A DNA stretch of 64,000 nt from NCBI GenBank assembly GCA_963816365.1, contig CAWFKG010000005.1, positions 457,850 through 521,849 on the forward strand, in the 5' to 3' direction. Shown here one piece after another: positions 52,195-63,386 of the stretch. Origin of the DNA: an uncultured Bacteroidales bacterium. Its GTDB lineage: Bacteria; Bacteroidota; Bacteroidia; Bacteroidales; VadinHA17. A program made the translations under genes and the position numbers. The notes beneath the pieces were generated by a model. It saw only the letters and a list, made by a program, of their open reading frames with translations, was not told the DNA's origin and ran no database searches. Each line of letters starts with the position of its first letter. Position 1 is the stretch's first letter.

Positions 52195-53217
52195 ATGCCT
52201 GAAATCGATAGTAAAAAAAATAACAGAGATGATGAAATAGATCTTCTTGATCTCTTCAGAAGAATGGGAAGAACTTTAAACCGTTGGATCAAAGGTCTTG
52301 GCAGAGCTTTTCTGATATCTCTGGTTTTTATATTGAAGCGGTGGTTACCATTAGGACTAAGCCTTGGTGCCGGTATTGGTGTTTCATATTTGCTTAAGAG
52401 CACAGCTGTTTCCGTTTACACCTCTGATATAGTATTAAAGAATAATATGGCTGTAATTGAGAAACTTAAAATGCGGGATAATACAGGCACTACAGCTGAT
52501 CTGATCTCTAAAATTAATGTACTTCATTCATATTGCTCAGGGATCAATTATGCCGCATTAGCCCAGTCATTGTCTATGAACACTGAATCAGTCCGAAACA
52601 TTTTTGATATAAGCGCTTATTGGATTATAGATCAGGGGAAGGATGGCATTCCTGATTATGTTGATTATAAGAATGCTCAGAACGCATATGATACTGTAAA
52701 TATAAGGATGCCTGACCGTGTTGACATAAGGGTGGTGGCTCATCTCCCCAAAGATCTGAAATTAGTACGCGATGGTTTAATAAAGTATATTGATGATGAC
52801 TCATTATATCAGCAAAGGAACAGGTTACGTCTGAAGCAGAATCAGGATTTACTTACACGGCTTAACTTTGATATCATCCAGCTTGACAGTTTACAGAAGG
52901 TTAAGTATTTTGAAGAAACAAGGGATATAAAACCTGCTGCCAGCGGACAGATAGTATTTATGCAGGAACAGAAGACCCAATTGATTTATCCCGATATTTA
53001 TTATCTGTATACAAAGAAACAGGTGATAGAAACTGAAGGGGATCTTTATAAAGGAATTGTGACAGTTCTAAGTGACTTTTCCTTGCCTGCCAGAAGGGAT
53101 AACGGAGTTTCTTATTATGCAAAAATTCTGGTTCCTTGCTTCTTCTTTCTGACTTTGTTAGTTATGATTATTATGGCAAACATGAAAAGACTAAAAGAGT
53201 TATTTAAAAAATACTAA
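52195..53217 (+). CDS. Wzz-like polysaccharide chain-length determinant (N- and C-terminal TM, coiled-coil middle)
   Basis: EIDLLDLFRRMGRTLNRW followed by a TM; a central region with coiled-coil character; a C-terminal TM (LVPCFFFLTLLVMIIMA). The ORF track starts at TTG 52165. Confidence 0.55.
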   Translation: MPEIDSKKNNRDDEIDLLDLFRRMGRTLNRWIKGLGRAFLISLVFILKRWLPLGLSLGAGIGVSYLLKSTAVSVYTSDIVLKNNMAVIEKLKMRDNTGTTADLISKINVLHSYCSGINYAALAQSLSMNTESVRNIFDISAYWIIDQGKDGIPDYVDYKNAQNAYDTVNIRMPDRVDIRVVAHLPKDLKLVRDGLIKYIDDDSLYQQRNRLRLKQNQDLLTRLNFDIIQLDSLQKVKYFEETRDIKPAASGQIVFMQEQKTQLIYPDIYYLYTKKQVIETEGDLYKGIVTVLSDFSLPARRDNGVSYYAKILVPCFFFLTLLVMIIMANMKRLKELFKKY

Positions 53218-53218
53218 A

Positions 53219-53247
53219 TAAAAAGGGAGTTTTCGACTCCCTTTTTT
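53219..53247. terminator. hairpin terminator after the Wzz-like gene
   Basis: AAAAAGGGAGT tttcg ACTCCCTTTTTT. Confidence 0.75.
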
Positions 53248-53489
53248 GTTTAATGACATCCGGCAATATTATTACTAAACACATTTTAAGTAAAGTCACA
53301 AGCTGATACTTAGTTGCACTTCGTTTGGGCTAGCCTCAAAATGCAGATACCTGTGTTTTTAAGAAAACAACTTTATCCCAGAGCAAAAAAAATTTCTTGA
53401 GATAGTCATAAGATTTAAAACTACTAATTTTGTATTCCAGTAATATAAGAAGACGAAGAGGTACCAAATAAACTTAATATTATCGATTT

Positions 53490-55451
53490 ATGAAAAATAT
53501 TCTGCGTTGGGAACTGTCTTTTAAATTTGTTTTCAGTTACCCCCAAAAAATATTCGTGGTTTTTTTGTCAATAATCACTCTCAGTTTATTTCCTTTATTG
53601 ACTGTCTCCGCCCAAAATCTAGGCAATGGATTTTATGACCATGGTGTAGTCTCACCATTCAGCACTCAGCGAGGAGTTATTGCAACGGTGGATGGGAAAG
53701 GACGCGATGTAGTACTGGTATGGTTGTTTGATCATCGCGGCAGTTATGGTCTGCTGATGATTGATGCTGAGACTGGAAAAACTGACGAATTCACACTTCC
53801 GTTTTCAGCAGATTATGCAGTATTTTCATCTCTTCTTTCCAGCAAAAACAAATTATATACTCTTTTCAATAAGACTTTCGTGGAATTCGATCCTGTAAAA
53901 CGTGCCATCACCTTTCGTAAAGAGATCAATCACGATATGGCAATGGGAATGACTGAGGACGACAATGGCATAATATGGGCTGCCACGTATCCAAACAGCG
54001 GTTTAGTTTCCTACAATCCTGAAACCCGTGATCTCAAAAACCATGGATTCCTCTATAGACAGAACTGGAACCAGTACCAGCGGTATGTTGCTGCAGATAA
54101 ATCCGGATGGATTTATTTCGGCATTGGAAATTCATTGAGCCAGATAATCGCTTTTAATCCCGCTTCGAACAAAGCAAAACCAATGTTAAAGGCACCGGAA
54201 CGTAAAAAGGGTCAGGCATATGTATACAGGGATCTTGACGGCAAGGTTTATGGCCAGTCGCTGAAACAAACTGGTGAGACATGGTACGAACTTTATAAAG
54301 GCAAAGAGCATAAGATAGATAAAAACGACCATCCAAATCCTAAACCAATTATAACAGGAGATCAGACCTTAAATTATAAAGACTTCCCTGATGGTAAGAA
54401 AATCAAAAATATCGATCTTGAAGGGCGTAACCTTGTCATTATTGATCCTAAAACGAAAACTGAAAAAACTGTAACTTTTGACTATACCGGCGATGGTGCG
54501 AAAATTATGAATGTGGCTGCTTCTCCTGACAGTGCAATTACAGGAGGAACAACATTCCCAATGCGTTTTTTCAGCTATAATCCAAAAACAGGAAAAATCA
54601 CAAATAATGAAGCTTTTGGTCAATATGATGCTGTGGCCAGTCAGGGAAACAACTTTTATATTGGTGTATATCCACAGGGCGCACTCCTTGAATGGGATCC
54701 CTCAAAACCCTGGATTAACACAAAGAAAGGTATGGACACTAATCCACAGCTACTGGCAACTTCAGATATTCAGCTTCACAGGCCCCTGCGAATACTTGCT
54801 ATCCCTGATGGTAAAACTATTGTTATGAGCGGTTCACCCGCTTATGGATATACAGGTGGAGGATTACTCTTTTGGGACAGGGACAAAAAAACTGCTACTG
54901 TTCTGTCTGACAGTGCTGTTATCCTTGACCAGTCAACATCAAGTCTCGTGACATTACCAGGAAATAAAATTTTAGGCGGAACTACTACATCCCCCGGGAC
55001 AGGAGGAGAAGCAAAAGCAACCACAGCAGAGTTGTATATTATGGATTTATCGACAAAAAAAATAGACTGGCATGGAGCAATAATGCCTGGCGTCCATAGT
55101 TACAGCGATTTGTGCCTTACACCAGAAGGATTAGTTTATGGAATCGCTGAACTTAAAATATTCTTCGTCTTTGACCCTGTTAAGCAAATAGTAATACATC
55201 AGCAGGATCTGCAAGCAAGCTTCAGCACTTCAATCAATAATCAAACAACACGTGTATTTGTACTTGACAACAAGCACCAGGTATATATTCTCGCTATCAA
55301 TGATATATTCAGGGTTGAGCCAAAGTCCTTCAAAATTAACCTGATATCAAAAACGCCAGTACCAATCATCGAAGGAGGAGATTTTCTGTATGGCTGTATA
55401 TATTTTGTCAGTGGATCACATCTTTACAGTTATTCTTTATTAAAGAAATAA
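53490..55451 (+). CDS. secreted beta-propeller-like protein of unknown function
   Basis: 653 aa. Signal/TM segment FVVFLSIITLSLFPLLTVSAQ. Repetitive beta-strand-rich blades (..DDNGIIWAATYPNSGLVSYNP.., ..DKSGWIYFGIG..). I recognise no catalytic motif. Confidence 0.5.
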   Translation: MKNILRWELSFKFVFSYPQKIFVVFLSIITLSLFPLLTVSAQNLGNGFYDHGVVSPFSTQRGVIATVDGKGRDVVLVWLFDHRGSYGLLMIDAETGKTDEFTLPFSADYAVFSSLLSSKNKLYTLFNKTFVEFDPVKRAITFRKEINHDMAMGMTEDDNGIIWAATYPNSGLVSYNPETRDLKNHGFLYRQNWNQYQRYVAADKSGWIYFGIGNSLSQIIAFNPASNKAKPMLKAPERKKGQAYVYRDLDGKVYGQSLKQTGETWYELYKGKEHKIDKNDHPNPKPIITGDQTLNYKDFPDGKKIKNIDLEGRNLVIIDPKTKTEKTVTFDYTGDGAKIMNVAASPDSAITGGTTFPMRFFSYNPKTGKITNNEAFGQYDAVASQGNNFYIGVYPQGALLEWDPSKPWINTKKGMDTNPQLLATSDIQLHRPLRILAIPDGKTIVMSGSPAYGYTGGGLLFWDRDKKTATVLSDSAVILDQSTSSLVTLPGNKILGGTTTSPGTGGEAKATTAELYIMDLSTKKIDWHGAIMPGVHSYSDLCLTPEGLVYGIAELKIFFVFDPVKQIVIHQQDLQASFSTSINNQTTRVFVLDNKHQVYILAINDIFRVEPKSFKINLISKTPVPIIEGGDFLYGCIYFVSGSHLYSYSLLKK

Positions 55452-55616
55452 TTTACAAAAACGGCTTAGCACAGGTGAAATCTAAGAACTTTCATCAAAT
55501 TCATCCTTTTTTGGAGTTTATAAAGAAATCAGGTTTAGCCATTTTTGTCAATAGTCGGATATTAATAACAGATAGTCAGTAACTCAAGGAGATATTCAAA
55601 AATTTTAAAATAAAAA

Positions 55617-55645
55617 AGAGAGTTTGCGGCTCCCTTTTTTCGATT
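55617..55645. terminator. hairpin terminator between the propeller gene and the polysaccharide operon; near-copy of 53219..53247
   Basis: AAAAAAGAGAG tttgcgg CTCCCTTTTTT (one mismatch in the stem). Confidence 0.5.
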
Positions 55646-55748
55646 TTAATCAAAATTTTTTACGATTAACTTTTCACAGATCATATCTGAAATTAATCCA
55701 GATGAATTTAAGTTTCTAAGTAAGCTCGGAGAATATTTATGTTACTGA

Positions 55749-56336
55749 TCATCTGAATAACCTGAAAAGTGTCAAAAAAATTATCTTTAAATATTGCCTG
55801 ATACTTCTATCCCTGAGATACTGAATATTTAATTTCAGTTTTTCAGGCATAATAATTTTAATATAATATTCATCAGGATTTTCAATCCCGGATAATAATT
55901 CATTTTCGTTCCTGAACTCAATTGAAGCATAATCCGTTATCCCCGGTTTAACCATCAGCACGCTTTTTTGTTCCTCAGTATAAAGTTCAACATATTTGCG
56001 AACCTCAGGCCGTGGCCCGACAATGCTCATATCACCTTTTATAACATTTATTAATTGCGGAAGCTCATCTAACTTAATTCTCCGGAGATAATAGCCTACA
56101 TTTGTAATACGCGGATCTCTGCTCCCAATAGTAATAAGACTTCCATCTCCGGAGTAATTATGCATAGTCCGGAATTTATATAACCGGAAAGGCTTAAAAT
56201 TCTTCCCTATTCTTTCCTGAATAAAAAATACAGGTCCGGCAGAGTCAATCTTAATTATTACTGCGATTATTAAAAAGACAGGAGACAAGATGACAGCGGC
56301 AGTAATTGAAAAAATAATGTCCAAAAGCCTAACCAT
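55749..56336 (-). CDS. small polyprenyl-phosphate sugar-1-phosphate transferase (PglC/WbaP-C-terminal type)
   Basis: One N-terminal re-entrant helix, then [25 protein letters not shown]...[21 protein letters not shown]. Confidence 0.85.
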   Translation of the reverse strand: MVRLLDIIFSITAAVILSPVFLIIAVIIKIDSAGPVFFIQERIGKNFKPFRLYKFRTMHNYSGDGSLITIGSRDPRITNVGYYLRRIKLDELPQLINVIKGDMSIVGPRPEVRKYVELYTEEQKSVLMVKPGITDYASIEFRNENELLSGIENPDEYYIKIIMPEKLKLNIQYLRDRSIRQYLKIIFLTLFRLFR

Positions 56337-57546
56337 CTGTTTTTACCTGATTATACGATTCAACAACGCTGTTTATAATAAGATCTACATCAGTCTCTTT
56401 AAGCTGAGGATAGATTGGAAGTGAAATTTCGCATTTGTAGTTATTATAAGAAAGCGGGTAATCTTCCTTACGATACCCCATTTCTTTAAAAAAAGACAGC
56501 ATCGGAAGAGGAATGAAATGAACATTAACTGCTACATCTCTCTTCGAAATTAATTCAATAATCCTGTCTCTTTCTTTTTCCGTAATACCTTTAATTCTTA
56601 GTGGATAGATATGATATGACGATTCAGTGCTCCCTTTTGCCAGAGTTGGTAAAATTGCCCAGGGCTTCTTCTTAAAAGCATCATTAAAACGATTTGCGAT
56701 AAGTTTCCTTAATGGCAATAGAAAATCTTTATATTTCAGGATCTGCACCAAACCAATTGTCGCGCATATATCGGGCATATTCATTTTAAACCCGTCGAGT
56801 ATTATATCATATTTCCAGTCGCCTGCCTTATTTTTACTGAATGCATCCTTTGTCTGACCATTTAAAGACATCAGCTTCATCGTATTAAACACTTCATTAC
56901 TCTTAAAACTGTCAGGAAGCGTGATACAAATGGCACCTCCTTCTGCTGTTGTAACATTTTTCACGGCATGAAGCGAGAAGACCGAGATATCAGCCAGTGA
57001 ACCCGATGGTCTGCCATCATACATCGCCCCAATAGAATGGGCAGCATCACTTAGAACCAGAATCCTTCCAAGGTTCTTCTGAACAGGATTTGCAGGTCTG
57101 AAGCGGTCGACAATCTCAGAAGATCTGACTATTTTAAAAATACTGTCATAATCGCATGGATAGCCAGCAAAATCAACAGGAATTATTGCTTTAGTGGATT
57201 CAGTAATAAGTTCACTCAGGCCTTCAATTTTCAGATTAAAATCCTTGTCAACGTCCGCCATTATAACTTTAGCTCCCAAATGATAAGCAGCAAGCGCAGT
57301 GGCGCAATATGTATATGCCGGAACAATCACTTCATCACCTGCGCCTATTCCAAACCATTTTAATGCTATCATCAGGCCGGAGGTTGCGGAGTTAACACAA
57401 AGGACATCCTGTACGTTGCAGAACTTTCCCAGCTCGTACTGAAGTTCATTTGTCTTCTTTCCTGTCGTAATCCAGCCCGATCTCAGCGTTTCACTAACAG
57501 CTTCGATAATATCTTCATCAATGTATGGAGGAGAAAATGGTATCAT
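56329..57546 (-). CDS. DegT/DnrJ/EryC1/StrS-family sugar aminotransferase (PglE-like)
   Basis: SATSGLMIAL..GDEVIVPAYTYCAT...FSLHAVKNVTTAEGG (PLP lysine). Confidence 0.85.
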   Translation of the reverse strand: MIPFSPPYIDEDIIEAVSETLRSGWITTGKKTNELQYELGKFCNVQDVLCVNSATSGLMIALKWFGIGAGDEVIVPAYTYCATALAAYHLGAKVIMADVDKDFNLKIEGLSELITESTKAIIPVDFAGYPCDYDSIFKIVRSSEIVDRFRPANPVQKNLGRILVLSDAAHSIGAMYDGRPSGSLADISVFSLHAVKNVTTAEGGAICITLPDSFKSNEVFNTMKLMSLNGQTKDAFSKNKAGDWKYDIILDGFKMNMPDICATIGLVQILKYKDFLLPLRKLIANRFNDAFKKKPWAILPTLAKGSTESSYHIYPLRIKGITEKERDRIIELISKRDVAVNVHFIPLPMLSFFKEMGYRKEDYPLSYNNYKCEISLPIYPQLKETDVDLIINSVVESYNQVKTDG

Positions 57547-57576
57547 AATTCTATAAATTTAAAAGGTCGTTTGCTA

Positions 57577-58854
57577 TTATTCTTCAACAGGTCTTAAAAA
57601 CAAACAAAAAAAGAAAGCATAAAAAATAACACCGGCTGCTCTTTCCAGAACAGATTCAAAGAGACAATTGAAAGCAACTATGTAGAGAAAGAAAAAGAGA
57701 AGCGCATCCTTTTTCCTGGAAGCAATAATCAAAGGAAAAACAAATATGGAAATAAGTACACAAAACCCAATCAGTCCCAGTCCGATAAAAGTCTCCAGGA
57801 ATTGGTTGTGTGCATTAAGCTTAACTTTTTGAGGATCATCAGAACTCACGTAATCAAGTGAATTTACAGTATCACCGGGCCCGACGCCAAATAAAAAATG
57901 ACTCTTTATCTGATTGACGGATTTTTCCCAGACTTTTATCCGTGTGTTAGAAGTTGATTTTAACCCTGCATAATCGTATGAGGAAAAATCCCTGCCTATA
58001 ATCGAGAATCGTGAAGAAGAGAATAATAAGAAAATTGAAATTATTGTAACCAGTATTATAGGAATAAAAATGATTTTTCTTGATGATTTAAGAAGCTTGT
58101 AGCCTACAAAGAAAATAACGGCTATGGCAATACAAAGAATTCCGGCTCTGGATCCAAGCAGAAAGATTGCGATGACAAATAATGAAATTAAGGATATTGT
58201 CAAAACAATCCAGGTATTGCTTAAGTGTTTGTGCAGGAAATATATTAAGATCCCTATTGAAAAAAGTAAGTACATAGAAAAATATGAGGGATGTAAGAAC
58301 ACTGAAAATGAGGAATATGAGAAGTAACTCCAATTGTTTTTAAGTAATTCTAAAAATGGATAATTTCTTGTCCCATCCCAGATTGAAGTATTAAAGTTGA
58401 ATCCATTTGCATTAACAGTAATGGAGTTAGCTGTAGCAACAACAATACATATCAGCAGCGCTGTAAAACTGCCGGCTACAAAAGCTTTCAATACTCCATC
58501 TGACTGTTTATCACTTAAAACATTCCTGCCTATAAAAAAAAGCGGAAGAAGCAAAAATGTTGCTTTCACCTCCAAATGTTTCAATCCATCATTCAGATTA
58601 GTGGTGTATAGTAAAGCAATTACATATAATATATAATACAGAGCCAGCAGAAGAAGCAATCTGTTGGATCTGATTATGGCCCATGTAAACCGTGATTTGA
58701 AGTTGCCCAGAAGAACCCACGTAACAAATAATAGGATAATAATATAGCTCAGATACACCGCCCTGATAGCCAATGGCATCGAAAATGCCAATAGAAGAAT
58801 AAAGAAATAGTTTATTCTTTCAATATATCCTCGTGTTTGCCTATTAAATATCAT
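57577..58854 (-). CDS. O-antigen polymerase/ligase-family polytopic membrane protein (Wzy-like)
   Basis: At least 10 TM segments. A periplasmic loop with ..NAHNQFLETFIGLGLIGF is typical of the Wzy_C family. Confidence 0.7.
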   Translation of the reverse strand: MIFNRQTRGYIERINYFFILLLAFSMPLAIRAVYLSYIIILLFVTWVLLGNFKSRFTWAIIRSNRLLLLLALYYILYVIALLYTTNLNDGLKHLEVKATFLLLPLFFIGRNVLSDKQSDGVLKAFVAGSFTALLICIVVATANSITVNANGFNFNTSIWDGTRNYPFLELLKNNWSYFSYSSFSVFLHPSYFSMYLLFSIGILIYFLHKHLSNTWIVLTISLISLFVIAIFLLGSRAGILCIAIAVIFFVGYKLLKSSRKIIFIPIILVTIISIFLLFSSSRFSIIGRDFSSYDYAGLKSTSNTRIKVWEKSVNQIKSHFLFGVGPGDTVNSLDYVSSDDPQKVKLNAHNQFLETFIGLGLIGFCVLISIFVFPLIIASRKKDALLFFFLYIVAFNCLFESVLERAAGVIFYAFFFCLFLRPVEE

Positions 58855-60088
58855 GATTAAATCTATCTTCCAATACCTTAATAAATTTCTTTGACAGCGA
58901 TTCGTAAGTATTATTACGAAGAATATACTCCCTTCCTTTTAAACCCATTCCGTCCCTTGTCACTTTATCATAATTTGCAAGTTTCAAGATAGCTGCAGCA
59001 ATAGATTCAGGGTCTTCCGACCTGGCTGAGAATCCGCATTCAGCTTCCTTAACCAGATTGTTTCCCGATTCAATTGACTGTATGACAGGTCTTGCTGCCA
59101 TCATATAGTCAATTAGTTTATTGGGGCTGATGCCAAACCTGAAAAGCTTCTGCCTCTTTAATCCGATATAAACGATATCAAATTCTGAAAGAAGTGCAGG
59201 AATAAAGTCTTTGGATATCGGATTCAGAAAGAAAATATTAGTTAGGTTATATTCTCTGGCTTTCTTAATAAGCATTTGTTTTTCAGGCCCGTTCCCGACA
59301 ATCAAAAATGATATTTTCTCATTAACAAGCAGTTTTGCAGATTCGACAAAGCTGTCCAACGCATTTGCTATCCCGATTGAACCTGTATAGCCTACTATTG
59401 TCCTGTTCTCCGATTTTAACTTTTGAATCAGTATTTTATATTCATCAGGAATAGACACATTGCTGTTCCAGCTGCTGATGTCTATACCATTTGGAATATA
59501 ATTAAACTTATGAGGTTTTAATCCATGGATCTCCATATGGCTAAATGCCAGTGGAAGCATGGATACAACTTTATCAGAGTTTCTGTAGGCAAAGTTTTCA
59601 GCATATTGAATTAAAAGAATAAAAGGATGAAACCTGGAATAATTTCCAAGCTCCATTGGCGACAATGGCCATAAATCATGAACTTCAAATACAAGTTTAG
59701 CTTTGGATTTCTTTGATATTCTGAAAGCCGGAAAAATGTCAAGCGGATAAGTCGATGATGCAATAACTGCCTCTGGACTGGAATTTTTTAATATTTTTTT
59801 TGAAAATACAAATAGCCTGGTTACGAAAACTAACATATTCCATATCCGTCCTGCTCCATTTCGGCTGTAGGAAGGCGTTTTTAACCATATGTATTTTATT
59901 CCGTCAATAACCTCTTCGTTATAACTTTCAGTAATTATGGGTTGGGTAGTTCGAACATGAGAATAAGAAGCTGCAACAATTGTTATATTATGGCCCATTT
60001 TCAGCCAGTATTTCGCAAGGTAATAAGGTCGGTATTCCATTCCCAGCTTTGGAGAACCAGCGTAGTGATTTATCAGAAGAATATTCAT
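58844..60088 (-). CDS. family 4 glycosyltransferase (WbuB-like)
   Basis: MNILLINHYAGSPKLGMEYRPYYLAKYW (WbuB-type N-terminus). GT-B C-terminal half (GYTGSIGIANAL). Confidence 0.8.
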   Translation of the reverse strand: MNILLINHYAGSPKLGMEYRPYYLAKYWLKMGHNITIVAASYSHVRTTQPIITESYNEEVIDGIKYIWLKTPSYSRNGAGRIWNMLVFVTRLFVFSKKILKNSSPEAVIASSTYPLDIFPAFRISKKSKAKLVFEVHDLWPLSPMELGNYSRFHPFILLIQYAENFAYRNSDKVVSMLPLAFSHMEIHGLKPHKFNYIPNGIDISSWNSNVSIPDEYKILIQKLKSENRTIVGYTGSIGIANALDSFVESAKLLVNEKISFLIVGNGPEKQMLIKKAREYNLTNIFFLNPISKDFIPALLSEFDIVYIGLKRQKLFRFGISPNKLIDYMMAARPVIQSIESGNNLVKEAECGFSARSEDPESIAAAILKLANYDKVTRDGMGLKGREYILRNNTYESLSKKFIKVLEDRFNHDI

Positions 60089-61207
60089 CTAAGAAATTTT
60101 AGCATCACTTTCCGTTGAACTTAATAGTGCAGATATTTTTTTAAGCCTGACTGGATCTTTGAATATTTTTTCAGGTAAAAATAAAACCTTATCCAGCATA
60201 TCCAAAGTGTGCGGGAACCGTTCAGTTTCTGTCAATCCAAATTTCGAAGAATTATAGAGAGTATTTTCCCACAATATAAAACTATCCACACCAGATTTAG
60301 AAAGAATATTTTTTATCTTATTCCTTCCAGCAGAATCTGAGAAAAATAATGGGAAATATAATAGGCGTGTTGCGTCATTAAAATTTACCTTAAGCCGCAT
60401 TTTTTCGGGAATTTTTAAATACTCTTTCGTAAAATCATTATTCTTCCAGGATAGTTTATTTCCTATGATATATTTTGCAATGAAGCAGATTTTATAAACG
60501 CTGATATCTGATTTGTAATTAAATTTTGTTTGATACCTGTTTTTCTCGAGATTACTTATCAGCAGGCTATATATCAATGGATTAAAACCATAATTTCTAA
60601 TTAATATTCTTAAATAGCTCAGTATACACTTAAGCGTGCTTCTGGCATGCAGTTGATTATATAAATTTTTAACCTGCAGGCTCTCAGACTCATTGTTGAA
60701 TATCAGAGCCCCACCCGAACCGGCTGCAATGGGCTTGTGAAGATTAAAGCTGTAAACTGAAATATTGGAATATGGGTTTGCAACGTAATCCATGAAAGAC
60801 AGGTGGGCACAATCTTCGATAATAATAAGGTTTGGATATTTGAGTCTTATTTCGGATAAGTATTCAAAACGAAGCCCAAAATAATGAATAAGTATGATTG
60901 CGTCAAGATTTGATAAATCATCAAGCCTAAAAGTATATCCTTCCCTGTTAAGGGAAATATCTAAAAAAACGATATTATTGCCAGAGCCTGCAACACTTTC
61001 GTAAACTGAAAGACATGAATAAACAGGAACCCCTATATTAAGTTTTTTGCCTCCGTTGATACACTTCAGGTAATGAACTATTGCTTCAGTTGCTGAATCA
61101 AAAAACAAAACATCATCAGAATTAGCCTTTAAAAAATGATTATACCCTCTTGAAATGGAGATCAGATCTTTCAGGGTAATATCAACAGTGTATCTGGGTA
61201 TTATCAT
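60089..61207 (-). CDS. divergent DegT-like PLP-dependent enzyme
   Basis: SATEAIVHYL..., IIIEDCAHL, SFNLHKPIAAGSGGAL are collinear with DegT-family motifs but diverged. Confidence 0.55.
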   Translation of the reverse strand: MIIPRYTVDITLKDLISISRGYNHFLKANSDDVLFFDSATEAIVHYLKCINGGKKLNIGVPVYSCLSVYESVAGSGNNIVFLDISLNREGYTFRLDDLSNLDAIILIHYFGLRFEYLSEIRLKYPNLIIIEDCAHLSFMDYVANPYSNISVYSFNLHKPIAAGSGGALIFNNESESLQVKNLYNQLHARSTLKCILSYLRILIRNYGFNPLIYSLLISNLEKNRYQTKFNYKSDISVYKICFIAKYIIGNKLSWKNNDFTKEYLKIPEKMRLKVNFNDATRLLYFPLFFSDSAGRNKIKNILSKSGVDSFILWENTLYNSSKFGLTETERFPHTLDMLDKVLFLPEKIFKDPVRLKKISALLSSTESDAKIS

Positions 61208-61214
61208 AACCTAA

Positions 61215-62108
61215 TCAGCTATTGTTCTTGTAATATTTCTTATAAAGCTCACCGGCCTCAGCCAGATAGAAATATACTGAGAATCTCTTTTTATTTATCC
61301 TTTTGATCTTATTCAGGAATCGGAAAATTGAATACAAGGTTTTATTAAACAAAAAATTATATGAAGGAGAAATTACTGCCAGCCTGGCAGCAGGCCTGGG
61401 GGTAAATAACATTCCTTTTTTAAATTTGTCAAGACCTGGCTTCTCCTCAAAAGAAGCCAAACCATATGTTATTTCAATCTGGTTCTCCCTGGATAGGACT
61501 TCATTTATAAAAGAAAACAGAATTGCGTTCATTGGATTTAAAGAAGAAAATGATTCATCACGAAATGGATGTTGAATAATGTATTTATTATTCAATTTAA
61601 TAAAAATTATATAGCCAATCAGTTCATCATTTGAATATGCACCCTTGATAAATATATCTTTTTTATTGAAGAAATTGGCGATGTATTTTCCCCATTTCTC
61701 ACTATCGGTAAGAAAGGATGTTTTCCTTTTCTGTCTATTAAGTGTTTTCTTGTTAATTTCCAGTCCTTTTGTAGCAATTGATTTAAAATCAGCATCTTTT
61801 ATAACACAAGAATTAATCCCTTTCCTTATTTGATTACGAATCTTTGAATCAAACATCTCAATTTCATATCTGTCACTTAACAATACATATTCAAATGTAT
61901 TGCTAACCTTCAATTCACTTCTAAATAGCAGAAATTTACAGTTCTCATTAAACGCCAGATCCATGTCCGATTTTGTTGGGTTAAATGCATCGAGTGTCGG
62001 AAATGAATGTGCATACCTGCTTTCGCTGATTAACCAGTTAACAGAAGGGGTTTCTATTATTTTGAATCCTAAATCTATATGGAGACTAATATACTCGGAT
62101 GTGGTCAT
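61215..62108 (-). CDS. GNAT-fold FemAB/Acetyltransf_6-like acyl- or aminoacyl-transferase (tentative)
   Basis: FDSKIRNQIRKGINS... and ELIGYIIFIKLNNKYIIQH resemble the PF13480/FemAB-like family. Its start codon overlaps the upstream GT stop (TAATG). Confidence 0.4.
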   Translation of the reverse strand: MTTSEYISLHIDLGFKIIETPSVNWLISESRYAHSFPTLDAFNPTKSDMDLAFNENCKFLLFRSELKVSNTFEYVLLSDRYEIEMFDSKIRNQIRKGINSCVIKDADFKSIATKGLEINKKTLNRQKRKTSFLTDSEKWGKYIANFFNKKDIFIKGAYSNDELIGYIIFIKLNNKYIIQHPFRDESFSSLNPMNAILFSFINEVLSRENQIEITYGLASFEEKPGLDKFKKGMLFTPRPAARLAVISPSYNFLFNKTLYSIFRFLNKIKRINKKRFSVYFYLAEAGELYKKYYKNNS

Positions 62109-63275
62109 TAGAACGATTTTTTGCCAAGGAGCTCATTGTAAAGTGATATCAGTTTAATTTCCTCAGCTTCCCAGTTATATTTTTCTTCAATAACTTTATA
62201 ACCCGTTTCCCCCCATTTCAGCTGCCTTGTCTGCATTTGAAAAAATATGCTGAATGCCTTTAGCTATCTCTTCCCTGTTTTCAGGATCAACGCAAATTCC
62301 GCACTGATTTCCCTCAACAATCTTTCGCCACAAAGGAAAATTAGAACATATCACGGGAATACCTGCCGACATATATTCAAATATTTTATTTGGCTGTGAG
62401 AAAACATGGTTTTTTTCAGGCAGGAATACGGCTATTCCTGCAAATGAATCGATAAGCGCTTCTTTGAGATCAATTCGTGAAAGAATCCCTTTATATTCGA
62501 CATTTTCCCAACCATTTAAAGCTTTTAACTCATTTTCATATGAAGGAGGATAAATTTCACCGGCAAGAATAAGTTTGAATTGAATAGTTGGGTCAATAAA
62601 CGGCAATGACTGAATTAATTCAGATATGCCCCTTTTCCTTGTGATACCTCCGGCATATATAATCCTGAATTTTTTTACTTTATGGGAATTATTTACTGGT
62701 GAGAATTCGGATTTAAAAGGATAATTATTAATTACAATCGTGTTCTTTAATCCGGAATCAATAAATCTCTTCTCAATAGATGGTGTTGCACAGACAACAG
62801 AGTCAAAAACGCGGCAGCAAAAAGTTTCAAAAGATGAAACCAATGCCGAGATCACTCGTCTGAAAATAACAGGCAGGTATTCTTTATCCATGATCGAATC
62901 ACGATAATTTTCATGTACATCATATATCACTTTCTTGCCAAAAATCTTAAGTGTCAACCCGGCAAAAAGCAGATCAGGATCATGGAAATGATAAATCGCA
63001 CAATTTTTAGGGAGAAATAAAAAGAAGAAAAGAGATTTAAACAATCTTTTTATTCTTCTTTCCTCGTTGAAATTTTTGTTGTAGTGAACTTCCAGATTGG
63101 GATCATTATATTGTTCATGATTCTTCAGATGCCTTTTATCGACGTTTAAATTTCCATTGTTTGTAAAATAAACAACCTCCATCCCATTATTCAACAGACA
63201 TCTTATCTGCTTCTTAAAAATACGGATATCATTCTCAAGATGTGTTGAGGTAAATACACAAATTTTATCTTTCAC
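62108..63275 (-). CDS. family 1/4 glycosyltransferase; one frame disruption near the C-terminus
   Basis: ORF 62196..63275 has the GT-B fold (EYMSAGIPVICSN). After the G-run at ~62205 the other frame continues as ETGYKVIEEKYNWEAEEIKLISLYNELLGKKSF* and ends at 62108. Confidence 0.75.
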
Positions 63276-63386
63276 TATTGTCCAACATTAAAAAAGTACT
63301 AATATTCAGAGAGAGAGTATAAATGCATAATAATTGAGAAACATTTCCGCTTTAAGAGTCATTTTGATCAACACTCAAAGGGAAAA

